From contig NC_043010.1 in the NCBI RefSeq assembly GCF_006345805.1, forward strand, positions 52,638,001 through 52,702,000: DNA of 64,000 nucleotides. The letters are read 5' to 3'. The notes under the pieces are model-generated. The model worked only from the letters and a program-made list of their open reading frames with translations. It searched no databases and had not been told where the DNA came from. Positions 26,811-39,229 of the stretch are shown in pieces (position 1 is the first letter of the stretch; each line of letters opens with the position of its first letter). A program made the position numbers and the translations under genes. Source of the stretch: Octopus sinensis (Eukaryota).

Positions 26811-27036
26811 GAGTGGTTGTATACTGTCAACTTAACATGGCAGTCGGGGATTACACCACTGCTGTTCAGCCCTAGGAAGCATCGACGCTTCCTGTCGGCT
26901 TCGACACATTTCCTGTGAATATATAAGGACACAGGAAATATGTCGAAGCCGACAGGAAGCGTCGATGCTTCCTAGGGCTAAACAGCAGTGGTGTAATCCC
27001 CTACTGCCACGTTAAGTTGACAGTATACAACCACTC
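26811..27036. repeat. Long inverted repeat: 107-bp arms, 12-nt loop, 4 mismatches
   Basis: Arms 26811-26917 and 26930-27036 compared base by base. Confidence 0.95.
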
Positions 27037-27850
27037 ATAAATATATTAATAATAAGAAATATTTCATGGATGGAGATTTTTATATTTTTCTTAATACATT
27101 GCTACATATGTTTTGGCATAGCATGTATTTTTATGGGACTACCTCACCACATCCATAGGATATTATCAATTATTATTTATAATATCCATGGAACCTAGGG
27201 GAGTCCATTAATTTGGCTTGCATAATTCTTTAGGCAATTTTTAGATTAATGTTCATGGGATTACCTTGTTGTTTAGACTTCATCGTTATCATCATCATCA
27301 TTGTTTAACGTCCGTTTTCCATGCTGGCATGGGTTGGATGGTTTGACTGAGGTCTGGAGAGCCAGTAGCTGCACCAGGCTCCAATCTGATCTGGCAATGT
27401 TTCTACAGCTGGATGCCCTTCCTAATGCCAGCCACTCTGAGAGTGTAGTGGGTGCTTTTTATGTGCCACCAGCACAGGAACCAGTCAGGCAGGCATTCAG
27501 GATATTAATTGTTCTACACCAATCAAAAAGTTCTGCTGGATTAATGGGTGGTGCTTGTGAATTCTTGCAGAGTACTAAACAGATGGATGTATTGATAGAG
27601 GCAAGAATTTTAAAAAAGGATACTTTGTTCGTTGTTTAGATATCAACATAGGTGGATATGGAGAAGAAGGTGAGAAAGATAAGAAAAGAAAAGGTGAGGG
27701 GAGATAAAATTGTGAGTTGTATTTAGTCAAATGTGTACAGACAGGAAAACTAAAAGAACTGGGGAACACACAGAAGAGAGAAAGAATCGTAGAGGTATAA
27801 CTGATGTATTGCACATAAATTTTAGCAACAAGATCAATGTGGACCTTTAA

Positions 27851-28658
27851 CCCTTTCGTTACTGTATTTATTTTGAGATGCTCTCTGTTTCTTTCAATTA
27901 CTTTAAACATAACAAACAACTTAGTTATCATTAAACTAGTGTTCTCTCTCTATCCGCTCAGTCGAATTTGACTCTCGGTCACTTGTTGGATCAGTGTCCT
28001 CCAGTCAGTTCTATCCTGGGCCGCTTCCTTCAGATTGGCTATGTCCATTCCAGTATCACTCCTGATGGTGTCAAGCCAGCAGGTTCTTGGTTGGCCTCTT
28101 TGTCTCTTGCCACAGACCATTCTGAGCGTGATGTCCTTCTTCAAGGATTCCCTCCGCATAATATGACTGAAATATGCCAATCTATACTTGATGATCCCAG
28201 CTTCTAGCGACATTTTCGGCCTGATCTGCTTAAGAACTTTTCCATTGGTGAACCTCGCTGTCCATGGAATCCGCAAAAGTCTAACTAGTGTTAGGAACAT
28301 AAATTGTGACTAAGGTTTGGTGGAAGATTTTAATTCAAAACTTATGAAAACAAGACATTTGTACAACAGAGCCAGAGGTGGTTTCAGCCTGGTTGGTATC
28401 AAAAGGCTTAAGAATTGTTTCTCTATTATATATTTTAACCCTTTCATTATTGTATTTATTTTGAGATGCTCTCTGTTTCTTTCAATTACTTTAAATATAA
28501 CAAAGAATTTAGTAAAATAACTTTGTTATCATTAAACTAGTGTTAGGAACATAAATTGCGACTAAGGTTTGGTGGAAGATTTAAATTCAAAACTTATGAA
28601 AACAAGACATTTGTACTCAGAGCCAGAGCCGTTTTCAGCTGGGTTGGTAACGAAAGGG
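27851..28658. mobile_element. Two adjacent piggyBac-like MITE copies (about 220 bp each); the first is interrupted by the RTE insertion
   Basis: TTAA|ccctttcgttac ... gtaacgaaaggg|TTAA termini. The second copy spans 28439-28658. Internal sequence is shared between the copies. Confidence 0.7.
27944..28282 (-). mobile_element. 5'-truncated RTE/BovB-like LINE 3' end
   Basis: ORF RLLRIPWTAR...YFSHIMRR...RGQPRTCWLD...DRTDWR, a (GA)n tail, and a 10-bp TSD aactagtgtt at 27934-27943 and 28283-28292. Confidence 0.85.
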
Positions 28659-28763
28659 TTAAGGGTCATATGGACCCCAGTTGAGACCCTCTACACTAGG
28701 CTATGTGCCGGCACTAATTATCACAACAAGATGTGGAAAAAAAAAAGAACAATAGAAACTTAC

Positions 28764-29216
28764 CCATTGACACAGACTGTTTTCTCCAAGGCAGGAACAT
28801 TTACTGGTGATACAGGCAAGCCATTGTAATCTCCTTTTGATGATGATGATGATGATGATATAGCAGTGTTCAAAGGTGGCGATGAAAGTGAGGCAGGTAT
28901 GGATGTGACAACTGAAAGTGCTGATGGGGAAGAGGAAACCATAAGGTCATCAGGCTGCTGCTGCTGATGATGGTGTGTTTGATGAGAAGATAAGGTCCCT
29001 GTATCAGGCTGAGACACCTGGTGTACAGTGTGTTGGGGTTGCTGCTGCTGCTGCTGCTGATGTTGTTGCTGTTGTTGTTGATGATGTGGTGATTGTTGTT
29101 GTTGATGTTGATGTGGGGGTGGTGGCGGTGGTGGAGGTGGTTGTTGCTGATGCTGTTGTTGTTGTTGTTGATGGTGGTGGTTTTGGTGTGGGTGCTGTTG
29201 TTGTTGGAGTTGTTGT

Positions 29217-29248
<32 letters not shown>

Positions 29249-30051
29249 TTGTTGCTGCTGTTGCTGCATGACGTTGACGTTTGCTGTTTCCATGAGACCA
29301 GTACCTGCACCACCACCGCCGCCGACACCACCAGCAGCACCACCACCACCACCACTGCCACTGCCACCACCACCACCACCACCACCACCACTGGCAGCGG
29401 CGGCGGCAGCAGCAGCAGCAGCAGTGGCGGCAGCAATAGCAATTGCACAATTGCCGGGGCTGCTGCTGTTAGTACTGCCGTTGCTGGTGTTGTTGCGGCT
29501 CGTCAGTGGCATGTTGCCGCCTGGTAGCGACGTCGTGGTCGTGATGCTGGCAATGGTCGTGGTGGCCGTCGTCGTCAGTCCTGCAGGGACATTCACCGAC
29601 GTCGAAGCTGGTACCCCGCCCACTGATGCGCCAGGCATTGGTTTCATGGTGAGGTCCAGCCCGGAGCCGTTTGTCACACAGTTCACTGTATTAGTCGTGG
29701 AAGCGGTTGTGGAAGCAGCAGCTGCTGCAGCTGCCGCCGCCGCTGCTTTTGTGGAGAGGTTAAGGGCAACAGGGACTTGAGGATCATATCGATACTGCGG
29801 TTTGTAGTTTGGCCGTTTGCTCAAGATGTTTGGTCGATCAATGCTTGAGTCTTTCGGTTTGGGAGCAATGGGTTTGCCGGGATAGAGTTTTGATTGATAT
29901 GTTTGGAATTCAGTGGGTGGCCGGTTGTATTTCTCGAGTTCTTTGGCTAGATTGGTGCGTGGTGTAGAGGTGGACACATATGGAGGATATTCATAGCAAG
30001 GGAGATCAAGCTGTTTAGTCAATATCATTGGTCGAAGTACACGGTCGGAAC
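28764..30051 (-). CDS. Myt1: Myt1-family exon (1288 nt): MYT1 domain motifs (SDRVLRPMILTKQL, TPRTNLAKELEKY) followed by poly-A/T/G/Q/H/P tracts
   Basis: cttttcag|GT TCC GAC CGT ... AAT GG|gtaagt. Phase 1-2, within ORF 28760-30271. The motifs match the vertebrate MYT1L SDRVLRPM / PRxNLAKELEKY region. Confidence 0.92.
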
Positions 30052-31014
30052 CTGAAAAGAGAAACAGGTGAGGAACTGTTATGGAGTGCAGTGGAAATAT
30101 ATGGAAGTGAAAGTAAGAGAGAGTTAGAGAAAGGAAGTATGAGTGTATAATAAGAGGGAGAGAAAAAGAGAATGTTTTAAAAGATGAAGATAGTTTGTGA
30201 GTGTGTCTGTGTGTGTGTGTGTGAGAGAGAGAGAAAGAGAAGGAGAGAGAAAGAGGAGAGAAAGAAAGCATGAGTGTATAGAATGAGGGAGAGAGAAAGA
30301 GAGAGTTTTAAAAGATGAAGGTTATAGCTAGATAGCTAGATTGATAGAGGGAGAGAAAGAGAGATTGGTAGATAGATAGAAAGATAAGCAGAAAGATACA
30401 TAAATAGAGAGACAGAGAGAGGTGGGGGGGGACAAAGAGTGAAAGAGGGTGGTAAAAGCAGAGTTTAAAAGTGTGTGCTAGATACGAATAAAAAAAAAAT
30501 GTAATTAGGAGAGAGGGAAAGAGAGAGAAAGAGAAAGAGAAATTTTGCATAAACAATGAAGACAATATGAAGAAAGAGAGAGAGAGAGAGCATGAGACAA
30601 TAAGAGCATGGAAATAAAGTTTTTTGTGCATTAAAATATGTAGTTGTGGAGAAATACTTATGATGACAAGTGTTTTGATCTGAAACTAGGGCTTGCACAA
30701 CTAAAATGATCCCAGTGTGGAAGACACAAGTCAACCATTCAGAAACACACAAAAACCATTAGCTTCAATTAAACGTTCATTCTTTGTTATATGGTGTTAA
30801 AACCTAAGATGGCAAACTGGCCGAATCGTTAGCACACCAGGCAAAATGCTTAGCGGCATTTTGTCCATCCTTATGTTTCTGAGTTCAAATTCCACTGAGG
30901 TTAACTTTGCCTTTCACCCTTTTTTTTTTTTGGGTGGGGGTGATAAAATAAATACCTGGGGACGATATAATCGACTTGTTCGAAAATAATTGTCCAGAAA
31001 CAAAAAATTATTCC

Positions 31015-31197
31015 GGAGATGTACTTGTATGGGTCGCGATCTCAAAAATATTTTGGCAAATTAAATTTAAATTGTTGAAGTGAATAGAACGGTTTTTGTG
31101 TGTTTTTAAATGGCTTATAAACACCTTCCATGCTGCAATTGTTTTTGTTTCAGCACACAATCTCAGATCAGGTCACTTGCTATGCAAGTACATCTCC
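31015..31197. mobile_element. MITE with 13-bp TIR (ggagatgtacttg / caagtacatctcc)
   Basis: Perfect TIR pair. A partial second copy lies at about 62452-62645. Confidence 0.6.
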
Positions 31198-31200
31198 ATA

Positions 31201-31231
<31 letters not shown>

Positions 31232-31255
31232 TGTATGTATTTATGTTTGTATGTA

Positions 31256-31291
<36 letters not shown>

Positions 31292-33146
31292 TTTGTTTTT
31301 GTCTCAACTCCACAGCCTGACAAATGGTGTTGGTTTGTTTATATCCACCAAAACTCAGCAGTTTGGCAAAATAGACCAACAGAGTAAGCACCAGACTTAA
31401 TAATAATAAAAAAAGAATACTGTGGTTAATTTGCTTCACTAAAACCATGCACAAAGCAAATTACTGCAGCATAACTGCAAGTCTAATTAACAACTGAAAC
31501 AAATAAAAAAAGAAATGAAAAATAAAAGGGATCATACGTGTATCTACTTCCTGGCCGGTATTCACGGGGCTGGAAATCGTGGTACCTAGAAGGCAGAAAA
31601 AAGGGCATTTAATGATTTTACAACAACAACAACAACAACAACAGCAGCAGCAGCATTATAGTACAATCAGATCAATCATATTAATGGTTTTTAACTGTAG
31701 ACAGAAGATCAGAAATTAGGAAGAGATGAGCACTGTATCATCATCATCGTCGTTGTTTAATATCCACTTTCTGACGCTTGCATGGGTTGGATGGAATTTA
31801 AGGAGGTGGATTTTCTACAGCCTGATGCCCTTCCTGTTGCTACCCCATGTCTGTTTCCAAGGAAGGTAGTATTTCCTCAGGGTTAGACATGTCTCATAAG
31901 AAATCCTTTCTACTACAGGCACAAGGCCTGAAATTTTGGTGGGGGTGGGGGTGGGGCAGTCGATTGTGCAACTGGTACTTAATTTATCAACCCAAAAGGA
32001 TGAAAGGCAAAGTCAACCTTGGCAGAATTTAAACTCAGAATATAAGGACAGACGAAATACCGCTAACCATTTCACCTGGTGTGCTAACGATTCTACCAGA
32101 TTTCTGCCTTATGTCTCACAAGGAATGAAAGACACCACCTGAAATTTTTGGGGAGAGGGCCAGTCGATTAGATTGACCCCAGTATGCGACCGGTACTTAA
32201 TTTATCAACCCCGAAAGGATGAAAGGCAAAGTCGACCTTGGTGGAATTTGAACTCAGAATGTAGCAGCGGATGAAATATCGCTAAGCATTTTGCCTGGCA
32301 TGCTAATCATTCTGCCAGCTTGCCGCCTTACACACACACACACACACCACACACACACACACACACAATGTACATCTACACAGTTTCCAGCAACCTGAGT
32401 CTCTGTCTATAAAAATATCAAAGTATCGAACCTAGAACCACATAACTGAAAATAAATCTTATAACCAGCGCAAGAGAAAAATAAATGCAGAGAGAGAAAG
32501 AGAGAGAGAGGGAGGAGGACAGAGAAAGAGAGAGAGGGAGAAGGAAAGAGAAAGAGAGAGAGGGTGGAGGATAGAGAAAGAGAGAGAGGTGGGGAGATAG
32601 GGTGGGGGAACAGGATTTTAGATTTTAGTTTTTTTTTTTGATATGTATTCGGGGCAGTTCACTTAATTATAAATAAGTAGGAATTTGTAATGTTGAAGCA
32701 GAAAAAAAAAAAGAGAAAATTTTTTAATAAATATGTGTAATTGAATGTATGCTTATGGGTTTAGTCTCATTGCATGGCACCTTGGACAATGGTCTTATAT
32801 ACTACAGCCCTTGAACCAAAGTGCTGTGAGTGGATTTGGTAGATGGAAACTGAAAGAAGCCTATTCTTTGTGATTTTTTTTTTGTTCGTTTAGATTTTTT
32901 GCAAGCAATTTTGCAGATGCAAGTGCTACCAGTCGAAAGCTTCACATACCGGATGTTAGCAAGTTTAGGAGAGAATGAGCGCCATTTCAGGACCCACCAC
33001 TCAACGGCATGATTGCATACATACATATTTATATATACATACATATATACATACGTATGTATGTATGTATGTATGTATGTATGTATGTATGTATGTATGT
33101 ATGTATGTATGTATATATGTATATATATATATACACACACACACAC

Positions 33147-33179
<33 letters not shown>

Positions 33180-33382
33180 TATACATATATATACACATAT
33201 ATATATGTATATATATGCATGTATATATGTATGTTTTTTTTTCTATAGTTTCAGCTCAGAGCCACGGGCATGCGGCATTATTCGCACACTTCAAAGTAAG
33301 GTGTTGCTTATTTTGATATATATATATATTTATATATATACACACACACACATATATATATATGCTACAAATGGGGACAGCC

Positions 33383-33535
33383 GGTTTATGGGATTACCTT
33401 AGATTCCCAACCATAAAAGATTTAGCTTTATGGCATATTGTCAGATCCCAAAAACCAACAGGTTTTTGGGATCTGACAATATGCCATAAAGCTAAACTCT
33501 TTATGGCTGGGAAACGTAAGCTAATCCCATAAACC
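33383..33535. repeat. Inverted repeat: arms of about 74 bp, inner 36 bp perfect, 4-nt loop
   Basis: 33421-33456 is the exact reverse complement of 33461-33496. Confidence 0.92.
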
Positions 33536-33629
33536 ATCCCACCCCATATCTAATATATATTGCTCTACATCTTAGAGTTTGCTTCTTTCGGATTTATGTT
33601 TTCTACAAATGATATGTATATATGCATAT

Positions 33630-34540
33630 ATATTTTGAGAAGGTATCAAATGCAGGAGAATAACTGTGAAAACAGCTTTAGAAAATTGGGTAAAATACCC
33701 TTATTAACGGAAAAATTGGCCATCAGCTGCTACCAAGTATCAAACTCTGTACATCTCAAATTCCAGTTGAGCTCTCTGCATTACTAAGCTAAACGATCTC
33801 TGACGACAGACACTGTCTTTCATAATGCTAAATAAAAGCTTTTGGAAATGTGAGAACATTCTTATGGTCAAACATCGAAGTGTTGTGTGATATTTTCAGA
33901 AATGAAGAACATCTTGAATGCAAGAGAATAGCTGTGAAAACAGCTTTAGAAAATCAGGTAAATGTACCCATATAGATGGAAAAAAATTGGCCAGCAGTCA
34001 CTAAAGAGAATCGAAATCTGTACTCTTCAAATTCTGGCTCAGTGCTGATGTTTCAATATTTGTTTATAAAAATGTTTTCACATTTCTAAAATGTATCATT
34101 TAGCATTATAAAAATGGTCTCTGTAGTACAGAGCTATCAGCTGGAATCTGAGACATATGGAGTTTGATTCTCTGTAGCTGGCTGTTTTCTTTTCTGTCTA
34201 TAGGGGTATTTTTTTTACCTGATTTTCTAAACCTGTTTATGCAGCTATTCTTCTGCATTTAAAATGTTCTTAATTTCTAAGAATATGTCACTCACTTAAT
34301 GTTCCCAAATTTCAACAGGCTATTATTTAGTGTTATAAAAGACAATACCAGTTCTCAGAGATAATCTAGTTCAATGGTACAGTGTGCTCAACAGGAATTT
34401 GAGAGGTAGACTGTTTGATTCTCTGTAGTAGCTGCTGGTTACTGTTTTTATTTTCCATATACAGGGATTATTTTTACCCGATTTTCTAAAGCTGTTTTCA
34501 TAATTATTCTCCTGCATTCAATATTTTCTTAATTTCCAAA
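33630..34540. repeat. Degenerate nested palindrome of about 900 bp (two direct units followed by two inverted units)
   Basis: tgca(g/a)gagaata.ctgtgaaaacagctttagaaaat at 33651 and 33919; reverse complements end at 34257 and 34516. Confidence 0.8.
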
Positions 34541-35213
34541 AAAATACATCATCCAATCAATGCTTCAATGTTTGCTTATAAATATATATTTGTGTTTGTG
34601 TGTGTAAAAAGTTATAAATGACAGAGAAATATTTCGATGAAATTTTATTTAACAATAAGAAAATTTTAATATCACCTGAGGATGTAACTTAAATTCTGCA
34701 TTATTTTAAAGGATTTTTTTACCTTTTGCAATAATGCAGACATATAAGTAATTCATTTATTTATTTAAATATAATAATATAAAATATTTGCATGTTTTTA
34801 AGTTATGAAACAATTTGTGATGATGTTAGAATTTTCTTATTAAGTAAAATTTCAAGACACTATTTCTCTGCTCTTGTATTCTACTATATATTCTATATGT
34901 TTTGTAGAATGAGACATTAAAAAACTTTTTTCATGAGCACTATCAGATTATCTAAATCCATATATTGTGGCTTAAATATATATCTTCATTGTTGTTTAAT
35001 GCTTGCTTTCTATGCTGGCATGGGTTGGACGGTTCAACTGGGGTCTGGGAAGCCAGAAGGCTGCACCAGGCCCAGTCTGATCTGGCAATGTTTCTACGGC
35101 TGGATGTCCTTCCTAACGCCACACTTATGTATACGTATCATCATCATCATGGTCGTCTAATGTCCGCTTTCCATGCTGTATGTATACATATATATACACA
35201 TACATATATATAT

Positions 35214-35256
<43 letters not shown>

Positions 35257-36231
35257 ATATACATACAGACACACACACACATATATATATACATATATAT
35301 ATGTATGTATGAATGTATGCATGTATATATGTATGTATATGTATATATATATATATGTATGTATGTATGTATGTTCTGTCAAGTCACTTTTGAGTGCTAC
35401 TGGTAACATGTAACCCAGTACAACCTGTTGCATGGTCGGGTCGTCGGCGACTAAACTGGCAACCCCGCCAAGCTTGCTTGGTGAGAAGGGTGTTTATTGG
35501 ACACCCTGCGGGATGAAAAACAAAACCCATCAAAATGTGAAGGAACTCTTGAGAGTCAACGGCCATCCAATAAATGTCTTAAGGCTGGATCATGCGTGGG
35601 GAAATAGAAATAATCGGACTGAATACCCGATCACGCCGTTAAACCATTGGGAGTGAAGGACTCCTAGCCTTTGTTAGGGCATTCTTCTAGGAGAAGGTAA
35701 CTCAGGTAACTGGGATAACTCCGATATAAAACCTGCGGCTCAGTGGTTACCGATGGTTCTTTTTGGATTATGGCTGCTGTTGCTTAGTGGGTGGGATTGA
35801 CTTAGTGCACAGCCTTTCCCCATTTAAAAAAAAATCTTCTTGCACAGGCATTGCTCGATAACAACATTGATTAAGCTTCGTGCAATGGCCATACTCGATA
35901 ACGAGGGGGCAGCCACCATGTATGTATGTGTTGCTCCATGTCTTGATGTCACATGACATTTGTAAATGCATGTCTCTATCATAAAAGTAGTGTCATTCAT
36001 TTCCAGTATTCTGCAAAGACATTTCTGGCTATGGAGGAGAAAGAAATTCCCTTAACATGCAAACAGGCAAGGGTTGACAATGTTACACAAAGGGTGGTGA
36101 CAGTGGTGGTGGTGGTGGTGGCGGCAGTGGTGGTGGTGTTGGTGGTAGTGGCAATGGTTAGAATGGTAGGATGATTTATTTATTTATTAAAATTTCTTTT
36201 TTTTTTTTAGAAACAATATAACTGAGTGTAC

Positions 36232-36405
36232 CTTTAGTGGTGGTGGTAGAGGTGATGGTGGTGTTGGTGGTAGTAGTGGTGGTGGTGGTAGTAGTGGTTG
36301 AATGGAACTTTCCAATGGTGGTTGACATGTAGAGAGCTTTCTCTCCGTCTGGCAACCATCGGTTCTGAGAGATGCGAGAAGAATCAGCATCATAGGGAGC
36401 CATAT
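36232..36405 (-). CDS. Myt1: Candidate alternative (cassette) exon of Myt1, 58 codons (DMAPYDADSSRISQNRWLPDGEKALYMSTTIGKFHS-polyT-K)
   Basis: Pyrimidine tract plus tttatttatag|AT ATG, and donor ACT AAA G|gtacac. 174 nt, phase 1-1, stop-free. Fits the phase-1 intron it lies in. I recognise no homology. Confidence 0.45.
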
Positions 36406-36524
36406 CTATAAATAAAGGGGAAGAAGTAGGGAAATAGTTGTAAGATATAAGGGCTACAGGGCTGGAAGGAGAGGAGAGAAAAGAGAGAGAAGAAAGGGAT
36501 GAGAAAAAAAGATGTAGAAGGAAA

Positions 36525-37110
36525 TAAGTGAGTGTAAGTGAGGGAAGGAAATGAGTGAATGAGTGAGTGAGGGATGGACATAAATAAGTGTGGGAGTGAG
36601 GGAAGGAAATGAATGAATGGAAGTGAGAGAAGGGATTGAATGAGTGTGCATGAGAGGGAAGGAAATGAATGAGAGAAGGGATTAAATGAGTGTGAGTGAG
36701 GGAAAGGATTAAACGAGTGTGCATGTGAGGGAAGGAAATGAGAGAATGGGAGTGAAAGAAGGGATTGAATGAGCATGAGTGAGGGAAAGGATCCAATGAG
36801 TGTGCATGTGAGGGAAGGAAATGAATGAGAGAAGGGATTGAATGAGTGTGAGTGAAAGAAGGAAATGAGTGAATGGGAGTGAAAGAAGGGATGGAATGTG
36901 TGTGAGTGGAGGAAAGGATTGAATGAGTGAAGGAAGGAAAAGAGTGAATGTGAGTGAGAGAAGGGATTAGATGAGTGTGATTGAGGGAAGGGATTGAAAA
37001 AGTATGAGTGAAAGAAGGAAATGTGTGAATGAAAGTGAGGGAAGTGAATGAGTGGGTGTGAATGACAGATGGGAATGAATGAGGGTGAGTGAAGGATGGA
37101 AATGAGTGCA
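36525..37110. repeat. Degenerate purine-rich tandem repeat (gagtgagggaaggaaatgaatg-like)
   Basis: Recurring gaaggaaatga and gggattgaatgagtg units. Almost C-free on the plus strand. Confidence 0.8.
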
Positions 37111-37603
37111 AGTGCAAATAGAAGAAGAGGAAGGGAAATAAAATGGAAGAAAGATAGCGAGACAAAGATGAAAGAAAGAGAGAGAGAGAAAGAGAGAGAG
37201 AGAGAACAAGAGAGAAGAATGAAAGTGAAAGTAAGAGAATGAGCAAGATAAATATTTAGAAACAGAGACAAAGGAGAATAGAGTAAGAGAATAAAGATTA
37301 AAAGACACACGATCTCTCTCTCCCCCTCTCCTCTTCTCTTTCTCTCTCTCTACACACACACATAAATATACACATATAGAAGGGTGAGCTGGAAAGTAAG
37401 GCAATTTTTATTTCCCTTATTTTTTGACTAACCTTTGTAAATACAAGGGTTATTCAAAAAAGTAATGCAAATATAAATTGTATTACTTTCTTACTCATCC
37501 TCATAGATTTATACATGTATATGACGTTTTAAAGTTATCTCTACAGGGCCAGCAATTAATATTTGCAAGTATATTTACATGTGCTCGTATGTCTCTGTGT
37601 ATA

Positions 37604-38488
37604 AACCTGGTCTGATCAATAAGTATCCAGACTGTTGCCATAGTAACGAAGGTAAAATATGCAGATTGAAGCCAAGCCGCTCGGCACAGATTGACCTTGA
37701 ACTCTGCTGTGCATGAAGTTTTGAAACATTCTTGCTCACTTTCGCTGTTTACAGCAGTGCTTGGAAGGAAGGTGTGTAGTGTGTGATCATAGCATTGACC
37801 AAGACAGAGAAAGTTGAGCCGAGAATCTGCATCAAATTTTGCTAAAAACTTTGGCGACACCTGCTCAGAGGCCTACGCTAAGTTTCCATCATTCTCAACA
37901 CAATCAAGATCTTGTGCATCTGAAGCCCTAGCATCTTTTTTGTCAGCTGAAAGCAGTTTTAGCACAAACTTGGCAGACACGTGTCTCATACCCAAATCTT
38001 CAGTGATAAGGGACTGAACTGAACCATAACTCATCTGTATAACCTCTGATAATTCACGGATGGTGATTTGACAATTTCTCCTTACAGCTGCACACACATT
38101 TGCGATATTTTTCTCAGTTCTGCTGGTTGCAGGTCACCCAGAATATTCATCAATATTGACATTTTTTCAGCCATCTTGGAAACATTTGAACCACTCGTAC
38201 CCTTCTGTGTGGCTCATACACTCCTTGCCATACATTTTCTGCAACTTTGCATAGGCCTTTTGAGCAGGTATTGCCATGACAGCTTTCGCTGTCGTGGTCA
38301 ATGCGATGATCACACACTACACACCTTCCTTCCAAGCACTGCTGTAAACAGCAGAAGTGAGCTAGAACGTTAAAATTTACTGCACATGCACAGCAGAGTT
38401 CAAGGTCAATCTTTGCCAAGTAGCTTAACTCTGCATGCTTTAGCTTCGTTACTATGGCAACAATCTGGATACTTATTGATCTGACTAC

Positions 38489-38489
<1 letters not shown>
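37604..38489. mobile_element. Mariner-derived element made of two 5' ends in inverted orientation
   Basis: 37604-37885 (+) and 38240-38489 (-) are mirror copies of the TIR, 5'UTR and transposase start. The minus strand continues into ITIRELSE...SYGSVQSLITEDLGMRHVSAKFVLKLL. Confidence 0.75.
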
Positions 38490-38555
<66 letters not shown>

Positions 38556-39229
38556 CACACACATATATATATATATATATATAATATATATATATATACA
38601 CACATACATATATATATACTCTTTTACTTGTTTCAGTCATTTGACTGTGGCCATGCTGGAGCACCGCCTTTTAGTCGAGCAAATTGACCCCAGGACTTAA
38701 TTTTGTAAGCCTAGTACTTATTCTTTTGCCGAACCGCTAAGTTATGGGGATGTAAACACACCAGTATAGGTTGTCGAGCGATGTTTGGGGGACAAACACA
38801 GACACAAACACATACACACACACACATACATATATGTATATACGACAGGCTTCGTTCAGTTTCCATCTACCAAATCCACTCATAAGGCTTTGGTTGGCCC
38901 AAGGCTATAGTAGAAGACACTTGCCCAAGGTGCCACACAGTGGGACTGAACCCAGAATCACTACCACAACAATTATTTCGCTCATGCCAGCTTTTGACTA
39001 ACACTGGCATGACTGCTACCATCACCCCCTGTCACCACTTCTAGTTAACTAGCAACACCATCATCATTATCACTGGTAACATTAATAAGAACAACTACTG
39101 TTACTAATAAATACTACAGCCTTCACTGTTGCTACCAGGCTTCCAGTTTTTGCTGGAACATTCCAGGTAAACATTGCCAGGTAACTGATAAAAATAAATG
39201 ATAAGGGAATGTTTCATTGTATCAGGAAA

